DNA of 64,000 nt from Octopus vulgaris. Its lineage: Eukaryota. The notes under the pieces were generated by a model. It was not told where the DNA came from, did not search any database, and saw nothing but the letters and a program-made list of their open reading frames with translations. The DNA is taken from positions 3,534,001 through 3,598,000 of the forward strand of contig OX597823.1 of assembly GCA_951406725.2 (NCBI GenBank), read 5' to 3'. The translations under genes were made by a program, and so were the position numbers. Shown piece after piece: positions 39,140 through 53,549 of this stretch; position 1 is the first letter of the stretch; the number at the start of each line of letters is the position of its first letter.

Positions 39140-40234
39140 CTGCAAATTGAAACCAGAGAAATATTTACAACAAACACAACATTGTGATAACACAGTCACT
39201 TACATATACACACTTATATATATTTATGCATACTCACACATCTTGATGATGTCAATTTATAAAGGATAGAGAATAGTTACTTCTACCCAGTTTTATATAA
39301 TGTTGGGTAGCCTTGTATCTCCTCTATAGCAAGACACCGGGGCTTGTCCCTCAATCACATTTCAGCCTCCAATCAACACCTGTCCCTCCTCCCCCACTTC
39401 TCAAATACTCCTCCTCCTTTTGTCTTCCTATTCAAGCAATTTACTTGGCAGCCTCATTAGTGCCGGTGACATGAAAAAAGTACCCGGTACACCCCGGTAA
39501 AGTGGCTGGGGTTAGCAAGGGCATCCACGCCTGTAAAAACCAAGCTGGAGCTTGACAACTCCTATCAACCATTCAAACCAAGCCAGCCGGGATGTTAAAT
39601 GAGGAGGAGTTCATAGTGAATGGGTAGGGTGCAGCAGAAATACCTCCCCTATTTTATGCAGCCATTGATGTGATACTAGTGAAGTTAGGAAGATGGTAAC
39701 AACACCCTCGTGGGGCTGATGGTTTACCATTTTTCTAGTCTGGTTCTCATCAAGTTTTGGATTGATGCAAACAGTGTGCTTGTTGCATCGTGTGGCTCAT
39801 GTTGGTTATCAAGGAGTGGGAGTGAGACAGGAGAACAAGGCAGGTGGGGATTATAAGAGAGAGAGAGAGAGAGAGAGAGATGAGGAATGTGTGTGGGAGT
39901 GAATATAATGAACGGGTGTTGAGGAGGGATACCCAGGGAAGAGTAAGTGACAACTGTAGAAAGTGGGTGGGGTTGAGTGGATGCAGGGGGGGCAAGTTTG
40001 TTAAATCCAAAAGCATGAAAATGTTTTGCCTTTAACATCCACAATTACTAAAACCCTTTCATGTGAGCAGCAACTGAAGCAGAATTAGGGATCCAGCTGT
40101 TGTTTCTGGGTTTTATTCCTCTTTCATTTACGATGCTTATATCTACGTAAAAGGCATGAATACCACAGAATCTCACAAACTGATTCCTGTTAATTTGATA
40201 TTTTCTGCCTATGTACAATATCCATAATGTCCAC

Positions 40235-40458
40235 ATAGGGCGGCCAGCTGGCAGAAACGTTAGCACGCCGGGCGAAATGCTTAGCTGTATTTTGTCTGCC
40301 GTTACATTCTGAGTTCAAACTCCGCCAAGGTCGACTTTGCTTTCATCCTTTCGGGGTTGATTAAATAAGTACCAGTTACATACTGGGGTCAGCGTCATTG
40401 ACTTAAACCCTCTATTTGTCCCCTCTATGTTTAGCCCCCTGTAGGCAATAAAGAAATA
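40235..40458 (+). mobile_element. tRNA-derived SINE family A, full length (other copies at 62820-63047, ~893-1095, 5550-5760, 8815-9025, 10170-10380, 47700-47900 etc.)
   Basis: GGCGGC(G/C)AGCTGGCAGAA head, GAGTTCAAA B-box and central TTTCATCCTTTCGGGG...AAGTACCAG. 18-bp TSD AATATCCATAATGTCCAC at 40217-40234 and 40459-40476. Confidence 0.88.
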
Positions 40459-41609
40459 AATATCCATAATGTCCACTTCTATGGCTTAAAGTTTATCTGT
40501 TGTATTCACAAATTGTGAACAGTCGTTGGTTGCTGATTTCTATAAAGTAGAACCAAAATTCTGGTTTAGATTCATCGATCCAGATGCAGCTTTGGCTGAA
40601 GAGACAAAACCAGGTTGAAGCACCAGACCGCGTTTCAAACTCTCCTTACCTCAATGAACCGAGTGTGTTGTGGACACACGTTGTCTGGAAAGAGAGGCTG
40701 CTCTCCACAGACAAAACCCGACAATGATTGGCACATTTTATGTTTGAATTTGTCAGAGCCTATTAAGAATGGATATGGGATCGATTTTCACTGTTCTCCA
40801 TGCACATGACGATTCACTGAATTAATATATGCTATCCCGTGGAAAATAATCACTCATGCAATGCAGAAAGGTAGCATCATCGTCATCATTTAACGTCCAC
40901 TTTTGTCATGCTTGCATGGGTCGGGTGGAATCTGTTGAGGCAGATTCTCTAAGGCCGGATGTCCTTCCTGTTGCCAACCTTCACTTGTTTCCAAGCAAAG
41001 TAATATTTCTACAGAACCAGGCAGATTTTTTTTAATGGAAAACAGGAAATGGACATCATGCTCATTTACATCATGACATCATGTGATGTCAACACAAGGG
41101 TCACACACACACACACACACATGCACACAAGGGGTTTCAGTCCACCAAATCCATTTATAAGGCCTTGGTTGGTGGCCTGGGGCTATAGTGGAAGACACTT
41201 GACCAAAGCGCCACACAGTGGGAAGTAAGTTTCAGTTAATAAATAAATAAACTAAAAGTTAATAATTGACAAAACAAACAATTTTGCAAAAAACTGCTCA
41301 AAGCGGGCTCACACATAAAAAGGGATTATTCATTATATATTAAGAAATAACTTAAAATATTGTTTTCAAATTTTCACACAACACATCAACCCCAGAATTT
41401 AACTGGTACTGATTTCATCGACCCTGAAAGGATGAAAGGCAAAGTCGACCTCAGCGGAATTTGAACTCAGAATGTAAAGATGGACGAAACGCTGCCAGGC
41501 ATTTTGCTTGGCAGACATCACAATACCACTTTTAAAATCTATAGAATTTAGGCCCAGGGAAGGTGTACGTCCTTTCTGAGACAAACCAGAAAGATTTTGG
41601 TTGACTTAC

Positions 41610-41820
41610 TTCCAAAACATCTTCAAGAGCTTCTTCGGCCTCAGACTTTTCTGTGCTCAACTTTGCAATTTTGAATTGCGTGCGTGATAACATGTGTCCT
41701 CTTTTAGAACTGTTCCAAACAGTGCGTGGGACTTCTACCAGCCCATAGCCTAACAGCAACACAAGAAGAAATAAACCCCAAGTGTTGCTGGCAGTTACAC
41801 CAATGACTTTGATTTTGTCC
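41610..41820 (-). CDS. LMBRD2: LMBRD2 coding exon 4
   Basis: tttcag|[35 protein letters not shown]...[11 protein letters not shown]|gtaagt; 211 nt. Confidence 0.95.
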
Positions 41821-43715
41821 CTGAAATGTAAAAAAAATATAACAAAATGAAACAGAGTTTATTAGAAAACAAAATTCAGAAAGAAAACCTCCTAAGTCTG
41901 TGTTTTAGTGTTTGTTTCCAAGATTTTGTACCTTTATTTGCTTTATTCATCATTGTCTACCCTGACACCCCATCATCACTGTTTTTATCCCTGGCTTGCT
42001 CCACCCTGGCCACAGCTACCACCTCTTCTATAACAGAAGTAATCACGCACATCCTCTACTGCAAGAAACCTGTTCTGTTCTGGCTCCTTCCCTCATACCT
42101 GAACCCTTTGTCTCCCGGCACACAGCCACCTCCCTCTCTACTGTAGTCACATTCAGTCAAAGGGGTGCATAGTCACTAGTGCTGGTGCCATGAAGAAAAA
42201 CACCACCCAGGACACACTATAAAATGGTTGCTGTTAGGAAAGGCACCTAGTTGTAGAAACCATGCCAGAATGGACAATTAAAGCATAATGCAGTCCTCAG
42301 ATCCTGTCGAACCCTCCACCCCATGCCAAGCAGTCAACCAACTAGAACATTAGATTACTGCCAAACCAAAGTAAGAGACCGGAACATTTGATATAATAAT
42401 GACAGTGACCTACATCAGTCGTCAGGACAGTGTTTTGTTCAAACATTCCATTCGGCCTAAGATTCACCAACACTATTCTGACATGTCTAGGCACCTTTTC
42501 CTCTTTACAGTTTCTTTTACTGTTCACTTTTGGTTATCCTTGCTGTCTTTTTGAAGAGACTTAGTACAGCAGAACACTGTATACAACAAGTGTATTATTA
42601 TTACTACATCAATCCAACATCTTAGTTCGTTTGAGCATAATCTTCCAATTCTAAATACTTTTGGTCTTTCACCATTATGACATCAAACGCTGGTACTTTC
42701 GTGTTAGAATTGTTAGAAATGCTTATAATTAACACTGAAATCCTCTTCTCATGGATAAAATATACATTCTGTGTGTGTGTGTGTGTGTAACAACTTGCAA
42801 AGAAGATTGAGCATGTATAGAATATAGAAACATTTAACTCTTTCATTACCAACCCACCTGAAACCATCTCTGGCTCTGAGTACAAATGTCTTGTTTTCAT
42901 AAGTTCTGAATTAAAATCCTCCACCAAACCTTAGTCACAATTTATGTTCCTAACACTAACTTAATGATAACGAAGTTATTTTACTAAATTTTTTGTTATA
43001 TTCAAAATTAATTGAAAGAAACACAGAGCATCTCAACAGAAATATGGTAACGAAAGGGTTAAATGTGTGGGAGTTTACAGTGTGTATGTATGTATGCATG
43101 TAAGTGTGTGTGTATATATATACATACACACACATATATATATATAAGACCAGCGGGGTGAGGTAGTAACGCACATACATATATGAAATATGTGTGTAAA
43201 GGGGCTTGAATGTGAATTCATTAGCCTCTTGCATTGAAAACGAATGAATGAACAGAAGTATCACAAGTTGGTGCAAAGGTGAAAATATCATAATTAAACA
43301 ACTAATTTGATCAGATTAATCAATCTAATTAATGCAACAGAATACAAACAATAATAGAAAGCCATTCAGGTCTTTGAAACCAGCTGCCACCATATTTATT
43401 TATAACCTTCTAATGGTTTCGCCTTTGCTAAGAGGTGTCATTATTTCCAGCTAGAATTAATGGTAACGAGCTCATCAACAAAGACAATAAAACATTCGTT
43501 TCATCCCTTCTTTTTTTATTTTGTTTCTTTCTTTTTAATCTTTTTATCCTTCTCCCCAATATTTCTAATAATTGCTTTTGTCTTCAACAATAACATTTTA
43601 ACAGACAAAATATTAAACAATGAATTTGGAATTTTTTGCAAATAATAGAACTGTGTGTATCATCACAGTCCATTATCCTAAATGGTAACAGAGGATTTAG
43701 GAGTCAGCAAACACT

Positions 43716-43754
<39 letters not shown>

Positions 43755-45256
43755 TAATGTACCTAGGAAATGGAAGTATGAATAAATACTCATTAAATTA
43801 CATAAGACAAAGGAAATAGCTTGATTGTGGTGTCTGACGAGACAAAGTAAAAAAAAAAAAAGCCAACCTATTTAACAACAAAACTGTATCAAGACCTGAA
43901 CTCCTCATTTCTAATGCAACCACAACTACAGACTTCAACTGCCAGATTAACATAGGCACGGGCCAAAGGGTGAGCCCCTGAGCTTTTACAATGGGAGGGG
44001 GGACACAAAATGCGAGTAATTAAGAACCTGTAGGTGCACGTTGGCAAAGAGAAAATTAATAAGCCTTTAATTTAGACACAGGCCAAAGTGTGAGTCCTTA
44101 TGTCAGGGATGGGGGAAATTTTCGAGTCCGGGACAAAATGTTAATGATTCAGAACAACTTTTGATTAAGCCATGGTAAGAGGACTTCAAAGATTACATGA
44201 AAAAATATTGAAATGAAATACTGTAAATTGCAGCAAATTCTGGAAGTTTTAAAATAATGTATCATATATGTCTAGGAGAGAGGCAGAGCCTTGACTGTGG
44301 AGTTAAGAAATCTACTTCTCAATTAACATGCAAGTGGCTGAGCATTCCACAGACATGCATGCCCTTAATATAGTTCTCAGGGAGAATCAGAGTGGCACAA
44401 TGTGAAAAAAAGTCGGCCCTTTGAATTGCAGATGCAACTCATTTTTGCCAGCTGAATGGACTGCAGCAATGTGAAGTAAAGTGTCTTGCTCAAGGACACA
44501 ATGTGTTGCCAGGGATCAAACTCACGGTGGTAAACTGAATACCCTAACCACTAAGTCACATGCCTTGACATAGTTTTGGGTTCAGTCCCACTGTGTGTCA
44601 CCTTGGGCAGGTGTCTTCTGCTACAGCCTCAGATTCACAAAAGCTTTGTGGGTGGATTTGGTAGATGCAAACTGCAGAAGCTTGTAGTGCATGTACACAC
44701 ACACACACACACACGTATGGAGAGAGAGAGAGAGAGAAGTTTGTGCTTGTGTCTTGTCACCTTACGTGGAAACAGGTAAGGGGGTGGCAAAAAGAAGGGC
44801 ATCCAACCAGAGAAAATCCACCCTCAACAAATTTCGCCAGATCCCTTCAAGCATGGGAAAGTGGACGTTAAAACAATAATGACGACGATGATGGTACATA
44901 CAGTTCAACATTACTGTTACATTCATTAAGTGGTCCCAGGGAGTTGGGGCTGATGAACTAAGATTACCTCCAGAAGCAGGAAGCAAGAGAGCAAACATTC
45001 GAGATCGTGCAGACGTGGGGTGGTCACACTTAATGCAACAGCAGTTTACTGAACTGTGACATCCTCATTGTTGTTTGCTCAGTTTGACTCATGCAGACTT
45101 AAGACACACACGTGTGTGTGTGTGTGTGTTTTAATACCTAGCGCTTTGAGAGGGTATTCCCCACCATACCAACAGGAGGAGCCTACCAGCAAATAAATGA
45201 CTCATATGTAGTTGATGATGATTATTACACAAGTGCTGCTTCTGTTTCACATTCAA

Positions 45257-45296
<40 letters not shown>

Positions 45297-45692
45297 CATC
45301 ATCATTTAACGTCTGCTTTCCATGCTGGCATGGGTTGGATGGGTTGACTGAGGACTGGCAAGCCAGGAGGCTGCACCAGGCTCCAGTCTGATCTGACAAG
45401 GTTCCTACAGCTGGATGCCCTTCCTAATGCCAACCACTCTGAGAGTGTAGTGGGTTCATTTTATGTGCCACTGGCATGGAAGTCAGTTAGGCAGCATGGG
45501 AGCCAGTGGCGTTGGCATCAACTATGCTTTTTACGTGCCACCGGTACAGATATATATATATATATATATAATGTACGAGATGTGTCATTTGCTTGTATAA
45601 AATAATAAAATTGAATTGAATTTACCATTTAATGATTAAATTATTTAACTGTTCAATTTATTGTTTTGGTTTCCATTTCTAATTTTTATCAC

Positions 45693-46608
45693 GACCTTCG
45701 AACTTTAGGCCTCACTGAGGAAATGACCAGAGACCGAGACCTTTGGAAATATTCTGTACGTGAGAAGACCAGGCAGGACAAGTGAGCCCAGCCCACTTAT
45801 GAATGCCTTTCCTCCCTTGGACACAAAGACCGGTTGAGGCAAGCGAAGTCGATATAGAACCTCATCCGACGACAGACACCCATGCCAACCCCCCATGCTT
45901 GCGAAGACATGTTGGGGCAAGCGAAATCGAAATCGAAACCGAATTGAACCAGCCAGGATCCCTGGCCTGGTGGTACGTAAAAAGCACTATCCGACTCGTG
46001 GCCGTGGCACGTAAAATACTCCAATGCGACCGTACGACAGGCACCCATGCCAACCCCCTTTGCTTGTGAAGACATGTTGGGGCAAGCGAAATCGAAATCG
46101 AATTGAACCAGCCAGGATCCCTGGTCTGATGGTACGTAAAAAGCACTATCCGACTCGTGGCCGTGGCACGTAAAATACTCCAATGCGACCGTACGACAGG
46201 CACCCTTGCCAACCCCCTTTGCTTGTGAAGACATGTTGGGGCAAGCGAAATCGAAATCGAATTGAACCAGCCAGGATCCCTGGTCTGGTGGTACGTAAAA
46301 AGCACTATCCGACTCGTGGCCGATGCCAGCACCGCCTCGACTGGCTTCCGTGCCGGTGGCACATAAAATACACCAATCTGACCGTGGCCGTTGCCAGCCC
46401 CGCCTGGCACCTGTGCAGGTGGCACGTAAAAAGCACCCACTACACTCACGGAGTGGTTGGCGTTAGGAAGGGCATCCAGCTGTAGAAACATTGCCAAATT
46501 TAGACTGGAGCCTGGTGCAGCCTTCTGGCTTCCCAGAACCCCGGTCGAACCGTCCAACCCATGCTAGCATGGAGAACGGACGTTAAACGACGATGATGAT
46601 GATGATGA
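45693..46608 (+). mobile_element. RTE-clade LINE 3' end with internal tandem triplication and (GAT)n tail
   Basis: ORF end DLRTLGLTEEMTRDRDLWKYSVREKTRQDK* (45693-45785), a long 3' UTR and tail ...GGACGTTAAACGACGATGATGAT. Confidence 0.75.
45870..46322. repeat. Tandem repeat, ~2.8 units of 159-165 bp
   Basis: Near-identical units start at 45870, 46035 and 46194. Confidence 0.95.
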
Positions 46609-47953
46609 CACTCTGAGAAGATTACATCATAATATATAATCTACCATCATCATGTAAAATTTTATAAAGGTTATGTTTTAAACAGGTGAGATCTTTTACA
46701 TTGACTCAGAGAAACCCAAGATTTGATCCTTGCATATCCAGAGCAGCCTACCAACACTTGAGGTCTTCAAAGTTGTTTACCACACTGTGAGGTCTATGTC
46801 ATTGTACCTAGCCATTTATGGCAGCCTACATGTTGATGTGCCTTCATTCTAATGAATCCTTATAACTCTAAGTATGTGTGTGTGTGTGGCTGATTTAGAC
46901 TTGTAGGCCAGCCACACAAGCCCAACACTACAAATATGCCATGTCTCTCTCTCTCTCTGGCAGAGGGCGTCACACTGAACACTTTGATTTAAAGGCGGCT
47001 GCTATTGTTTAGACCCAGACTAACTGAGCAGACTTTTCAACAAAAGCATTCCAACTATGACCATCTCATCTATTTAGGGCAACATTATCTGATGTATCAT
47101 TCCCTTTTTAGAAATGGCAGAGAATGATGTGGGGAAGATTTGGCTGTCATTTCCAGTAGGGAAAGTGACCACATAGAGCAGTGTTTCCCACCCATTTCTT
47201 ATTTGCAAATCCCTGTGATTCCTATTTTATTCAAGTGGACCCTCATAGATTCAATGTTAAAAAAATTCCATTATATTTTTACAATTAAATATTATTAGGA
47301 ATTGTCTAAAAGAAATCAAAATATTTTATGTATTATAAAAATATAATCAGTTTATTGCAGATAAATTTTAACAACAAAATCTTAAAGGGACCCCCAAAGG
47401 TCATAAGGACCCTGGTTCAGAACTATTGACACAAAGGCTCTCTCTACATGTGGATTGTTATTAGGTGAGCTGCACTGCTAGAAAAAAATCTCAAGGCTAT
47501 TTTTCATTAAGGATCCCATTTAGACAGTCGTGTAGGCCAGAGTTTGCTCATGGCTGCCCTACAGTAACATATCACTAATGGTCAAGTGTGTGTGTTGACT
47601 TTATAAGAACTCATAAACTTTTGAGGGAACATGAAATAATTCTTTTTTGGAACAGTGGATCTCGAAGCATATAAACGCTGTAGATAATAACATGTAAATA
47701 TTCTTTTCTACTCTAGGCACAAGGCCCGAAATTTGGGGGAGGAGGCCAGTCGATTAGATCAACCCCAGTATGCAACTGGTACTTAATTTATCAACCCTGA
47801 AAGGATGAAAGACAAAGTCAACCTCAGTGGAATTTGAACTCATAAAGACAGACAAAATACCACTATGCATTTCACCCGGCATGCTAACATTTCTTCCAGC
47901 TTGTAAATATTGGCTTGAAAATTCCTTTTGAGCAGAAAAAATCAAAGGCTGCC

Positions 47954-47992
<39 letters not shown>

Positions 47993-50900
47993 ACATATTT
48001 CCATATATGTGACAATCTTGGTACTATGAAAGTTCCAGAGTGATCTCATAGGCTGTAGCTTGTTATGAGCAAAAGTGCAGGACAACAGTTTGACGTGTTT
48101 GGGTCTGTTGTCCCATCTGGGAACAGAACAACAGCTGTTTCTGTTTCTCTTTCAGCACTTGTTTACGAAGGTCTGCAGCTCTGCACATTGTTTGGCACTA
48201 ATCAGCAAACTGACACTGCTGCCAAATGGGAGGAATAATGTTCTTAGACATGCTGTTGTACTCTTGCATCTGGGGAGAGGGTTTCTATATATACATAACA
48301 GGGTATTGAGGGTGATTTAACACATAACCAAGGGACTGGTTTCTTTCAGCAAATAACCATGACCCTCACATATTCCAGGTTGTCTCAATTTTGTTCCATT
48401 GTCTAAACTGGTCTGCAAGTGCAATCTGTGTGCAGCTGGTAATTGTATTTGCGATGTGTGTGCAGCCTGCAATTATGCAGACTGCATGGCTTTGAGTTCT
48501 ATGCAATGGAATGCAGAGGTGGGGACAAGTGCAATGCATGGCAGATTTGATGTATTGTTTCAAGACAATGTTGTTCCTCTGGTTGTTAATTATGGAATCC
48601 AAATTTTTTCCTTGACTCTCAGACTCTGAACAAACTCAGCAATTTTGTTAAATTAATAAATTTCATTGTCATTTAAATAAATTGTGAAATTAATGGCTTT
48701 AATTGTGAATTTTATTATGTTATCTGTCGCAGCAATTTTGAATAATGGTAATGGAAAGGAGGAGGTACCGGAGAGGGATTCATGGAACCAAGTATGGTGC
48801 ATGCATGTATGTATAAATAGGGAAAAGTTGAGGGAAATTTGATATATTTTCCACTCCATTTAAAAGAGAATCCTAAAGTCTGGTGGAATATTTTTGGTAA
48901 GGTTATCTTATACGATAGAATATTTACTACATTATTCTATATCACACCTGAACATTAACATAACATTTTTAACACGATATTAAAATAAACCTTGGTAATG
49001 AATGCTGCGATACAAAACAGCACACACACACACACACACACACAGAGTAAACAGAAAACAAGCAAGGAAATTTTATACATTTAATAAGTTATTTAAAGAT
49101 TTAAATATCAGAAATGGGCAAAGAATTTGATAGAATTTCAAAGAAAATCTAGTTCACTCCAGTTGAAACCTGTACGTTTAGTTTTTGGCACAGTACTGAT
49201 GTGTTAAAGCATTTGTTTCATAAGAATACATAAATGAAATCCATTATAAAGTCTCTCAAACTGTACAACATCAAAAACTATTTTTATCTACAGAGTTTTT
49301 ATCTGTGATGATGTTGGCGATGGTGATAGGGAAGGTGGTTGTGGTGATGGGGAAGGTGGTTGTGGCGTTGGGGATGGATCACTGATGTTCAATTGTCCAA
49401 TCAAATGAATTACCTGATCTTGAATTAATGTGTAAGTGGCTGAGTATTCCACAGACACACACAACCTTAATGCAATTCTCAGATAGCGCAGCACAGTGCC
49501 TGTATGTAACAAGGCTGTACTGATGGTATAATCCATCTGATGGACTTCTATATACTTTCTGTCAACCCACTTTCATTTACGGGGGATTGGTTGACCCAAG
49601 GTGATAGAGAATGACATTTACCCAAGATGCCATGCATTGAACCTGGGACCTACTGGTTGCAGAGTGAACTACTTAACCATTTGGCCATACTGAACTTATG
49701 GCAGAATATCTATGGAGGTGAAATATAATTATGTATCACTCTTGGTTGTTAAGTTTCTCATTAGCTGTAGTAGACAAACATGGCAAACCAAAAGGGTCAA
49801 ACAGTCATCACAAGCTGGAAACACAAACAGCCCATCCAGTAGGGGCTTCAGTCCAATATAACTATGATTACGCAAACCATTGTAGGGACCTCTTTGTGGT
49901 TTCTCAAATGTTGGAAATAGAAACCAAATCTCCCTCAAACTATACCCTACCATTCTGGAAAAGAAGGGACATACTGAATAATGAATAATATAACCCTAGA
50001 TATGTAATGCCTAAGAGCAGGACCAAATGGTCATGTCTGGAATGGTTTTTATCATAGTTCTTCTCAGTTAAGGCTGACCTGGTATCAACAGGTATTAGCA
50101 TTAATGAAGTGGATTTGAATACCTTTAAAACTGACACACACCTTTCTTATGTGGTGTAGTGGATAAGGTCAATGTTAATTGCACTGAGCTGAACTAAATG
50201 CACTTGAGTTCAATCTAAGTTCAAAGAATTACATTAAATATGGTATTTGGGTGCAGAAATGGCAGGGTGGTTAAGAAGTTTACTTCTCGATCATATGGTT
50301 CCGAGATCAATCCTACTGTGTGACATGTGGAGCAAGTATCTTCTTCTATAGACTTTGACTGACCAAAGCCTTGTGAGTGGATTTGGTAGACAGACACTGA
50401 AAGTGGTCTGCTGTATGTTCAAACATGTGTGTGTGTGTGTGTGTTATCTTGACATTGCTTGACAGTTGTAAATAAGTGTGACTGTTATATAAGCAGAGTC
50501 CTTCATTTCCTGTCTTCCATTGAAACATGGGGAATATTACCTGGTTTGGAAACAGGTGAGGGTTGGTGACACAAAGAGCATTCTGCCTCAACAAATTCCA
50601 TCTGACCCATGCAAAAGCATTTAAAGAATGGACGATAAAATGAAGAAGACAAGTTGAAGACCAACAACAGGTGTTGGGTAGGTGGAAAGAGGGCTCGTCT
50701 TCTATTACTACTGTGTCGGTGACAAAGATACACTGAGGGATACCACTTATCTACAACGTGGTAGTATAAGTCATCAATTGTGAACAGTGATAGTAATGTG
50801 GAATTTGTAAGTAATCTGCTGCACTGAGTTTAAGCTATGATAAAGGGAAAATCCTCTACAAAAGACTGGCACCCTTTCCAAGGGGAAATCAAAATGTGTC

Positions 50901-51437
50901 TCACCTGCTTCATGCCTTAAAAACTAGAGACATGTTATGAATCAGTAGGCCATAAAAGGAATAAACAGAAGAAACGTGGGTTCCAGAAGCCCCATGGAGG
51001 CAATTTACTTTGCACAGAAGTAGCTCTGAATAAAAACTAAAACAGTTTAGAGGTAGCAGTTAGTCTTGTTGCATAATCACTCTTCTCTAATGTCAGAAGT
51101 GGGTTAAAAATGTCCATAACCAATGCTGTAAAGTGGTTGTGTTAGAAAAGGCATCCAGTCACAAATCCCATCCTGACCACCACAAAAATAAAGTGTTTTT
51201 CTGTTGGTATGTACTTCACACGATAAAGAGCGAGGCAGTATGAGGCACATCCAATTCATGCTAGATTTTTTAAAGAAAACTGTGACTTACTACCAATGGA
51301 ACATAAACACACACAAAAGACAACTCAGTCTTCCACAACACAAGAATAATGGCAATCCAGGTTAGAAACTTTAGAAATGTAGAATCACAAAGAAGTTAAA
51401 ATGCTGGGAAGACGAGATAATGAAAGTAGGTACTCAC

Positions 51438-51605
51438 CCATCGATGTGTAGGTTGGGGCGTGCAGCAACATAGATGAGGCAAACTCCAAATATGAGCAAG
51501 TAGGTGCCGTAGTAGATGGCGTTCTCTATCAAAGCCGACTTACATTTCCCTGCCACACTGAAGTCACCAGCATTGGAATAAGATTGCATCAACGGCAGGA
51601 TCAAC
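51438..51605 (-). CDS. LMBRD2: LMBRD2 coding exon 3
   Basis: ttccag|[55 protein letters not shown]|gtgagt; 168 nt. Confidence 0.95.
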
Positions 51606-52564
51606 CTGGAATTTACACCACAGATCTCAACGTCTTGAAAGCAAGGTATTTTACAGGCAAACAGGTGTGAATAGCCTAAAGCAGAGCTTCTCAAACATTT
51701 TCAACTATCATTTCCTTTCTATTAGTAATATTTCTTCAGTACCCCCCCTCTTGCTAGGATTCAACAAAATTAAATGTACGCACACACACACGCATGCAAA
51801 TCAGTGTTACCTTACCTAACCCTGTAGGTGTGGTGACTGCCTTTATTGCATGTAAGGAAATGCCAACAAAATCCTGACCATGTCTTCTATATTATAGTTT
51901 ATTGTTTATATTTTGCATATATAAGTGGTATATATTCAGTTTTTGTTTATTTACTTAATCCCATTTTTTTTATTTGTTGTTATTAAAATGATTTTGGCCA
52001 AATAATAGTTTTTAATAATTTTACATTAAAATAAGAGACAAAGAAAACAAAACCTGTACAGATGTGCCTATCACTCCTCCCCCATACCCACCAACCACCC
52101 TTTTATAACACACTAACATTACAAACTTATCCCTGTTCCCCCCTCTTTGAAACCACCAAGCATTTAAGGATACACCTCCCTCCTATGCTTTGTTGAAATC
52201 AAAATTTAGAAGAAAAAGCTTAAAGTTGCAACACAATATCTGCAGGGGAAATATATGGAGGACAAGTGGTGCTACAATCAATGTTTACTCTCCATTTACA
52301 GAATTAGAAAAAATTCCTGACTCAATATTAACCAAATATTAATATTTCCATTGTTTTTAGTTGTTAAGTAAAGATCGACAAATAAAAACGAAACAATTTC
52401 TTCTCCAATCAATGTGATCAATATCTGAATGCATTTTACATAACAAATATCTCAAAGAATTGTGTTGCTGTGCACGGATTGCGTGAGGGAATTCTATTCC
52501 TTTAGAAATGGCACCAATACGTTAATGGTTTTTACTCAACTAATTATTCTAATCACCAATACGT

Positions 52565-52921
52565 GGGTTGTTGCCAGTGCCGCCTGACTGGCTCCCCATG
52601 CTGCTGGCAAGTAAAAAGTACCATCTAAACGTGGTCAATGCCAGCCTCCCCACCCCGACTGGCTCCTGTGCCAGTGGCATGTAAAAAGCACCATCCGAAC
52701 ATGGATGATGCCAATACCCACTGACTGGCTCCTGTGCCGGTGGCACATAAAAAGCACCCACTACACTCTCGAAGTGGTTGGCATTAGGAAGGGCACCCAG
52801 CCATAGAAACATTGCCAGATCAGATTGGAGCCTGGTGCAGCCTCCTAGCTTGCCAGTCCCCAGTCAAACCGTCCAACCCATGCCAGCATGGAAAGCAGAC
52901 GTTAAACGATGATGATGATGA
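52565..52921 (+). repeat. RTE-related 3'-tail repeat with reiterated GTGCCGGTGGCAC..AAAAAGCAC units (also 21400-21600, 36120-36390 (-), 45295-45548 (-), 60220-60533)
   Basis: Shared TTAGGAAGGGCA(T/C)CCAGC...GGAAAGCAGACGTTAAACGATGATGAT end. Confidence 0.82.
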
Positions 52922-53549
52922 CTTTATAGTTGACTTTAAATGATAAAAACTGGTGAGCAACTTATACACAAAGTATGGCTAAAACTATCAAGGAAAAACT
53001 GTACTAAGGTTTGACATTAACATTTAAACCAGCCATATCCTGCCTCTCACACATACCCTACCAAGTCAGTATAAAAATAAACATTCACCACACTGAAATC
53101 TTGAAGCTACAAGATAATACAGGCTTAATTCAAAGCTGTGTGAATAGATAAGCATTTACAGTTGACAAAGTTAAATTAGGGATGTTCCATGTCTGAGTGC
53201 AACTTATGGGTTGAAACAGGATGTTGTTATGTACCTATGGCTGTGGAGATATTTCTATTGCACTTCAGTGCTTTTTTTGGTTCTTGTGGGTGTGTGTAAT
53301 TAATTCTTTTGTAAATAATCCACAGGTTGTCAGCCATGTGACATGTTAAACAGAGCAGAACCATGAACAGAGTACTAAATAATTTGCTAAAATAACAATT
53401 TTTGACTAAGTTTCCATAGTTTCTAAGACAGTGGTTAAGACACATGAAGCAAGGAAATAAAGCTGTGGTAACTAATTTTTAATAAATGGATATGTTGTGC
53501 TTAGGATTAGTGGTGGTGCATAATAAGAAAGAGAGAAAATAATTGTTAC

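Noticed and set aside
45870-46322. CRISPR-like array
   Set aside because: Units are wholly repeated with no unique spacers, the context is eukaryotic and there are no cas genes.
45797-46557. Long ORFs (231 aa, 145 aa, 100 aa) with repeated peptides
   Set aside because: They arise from 159/165-bp tandem units in an RTE 3' UTR; no splice context or protein-family motif.
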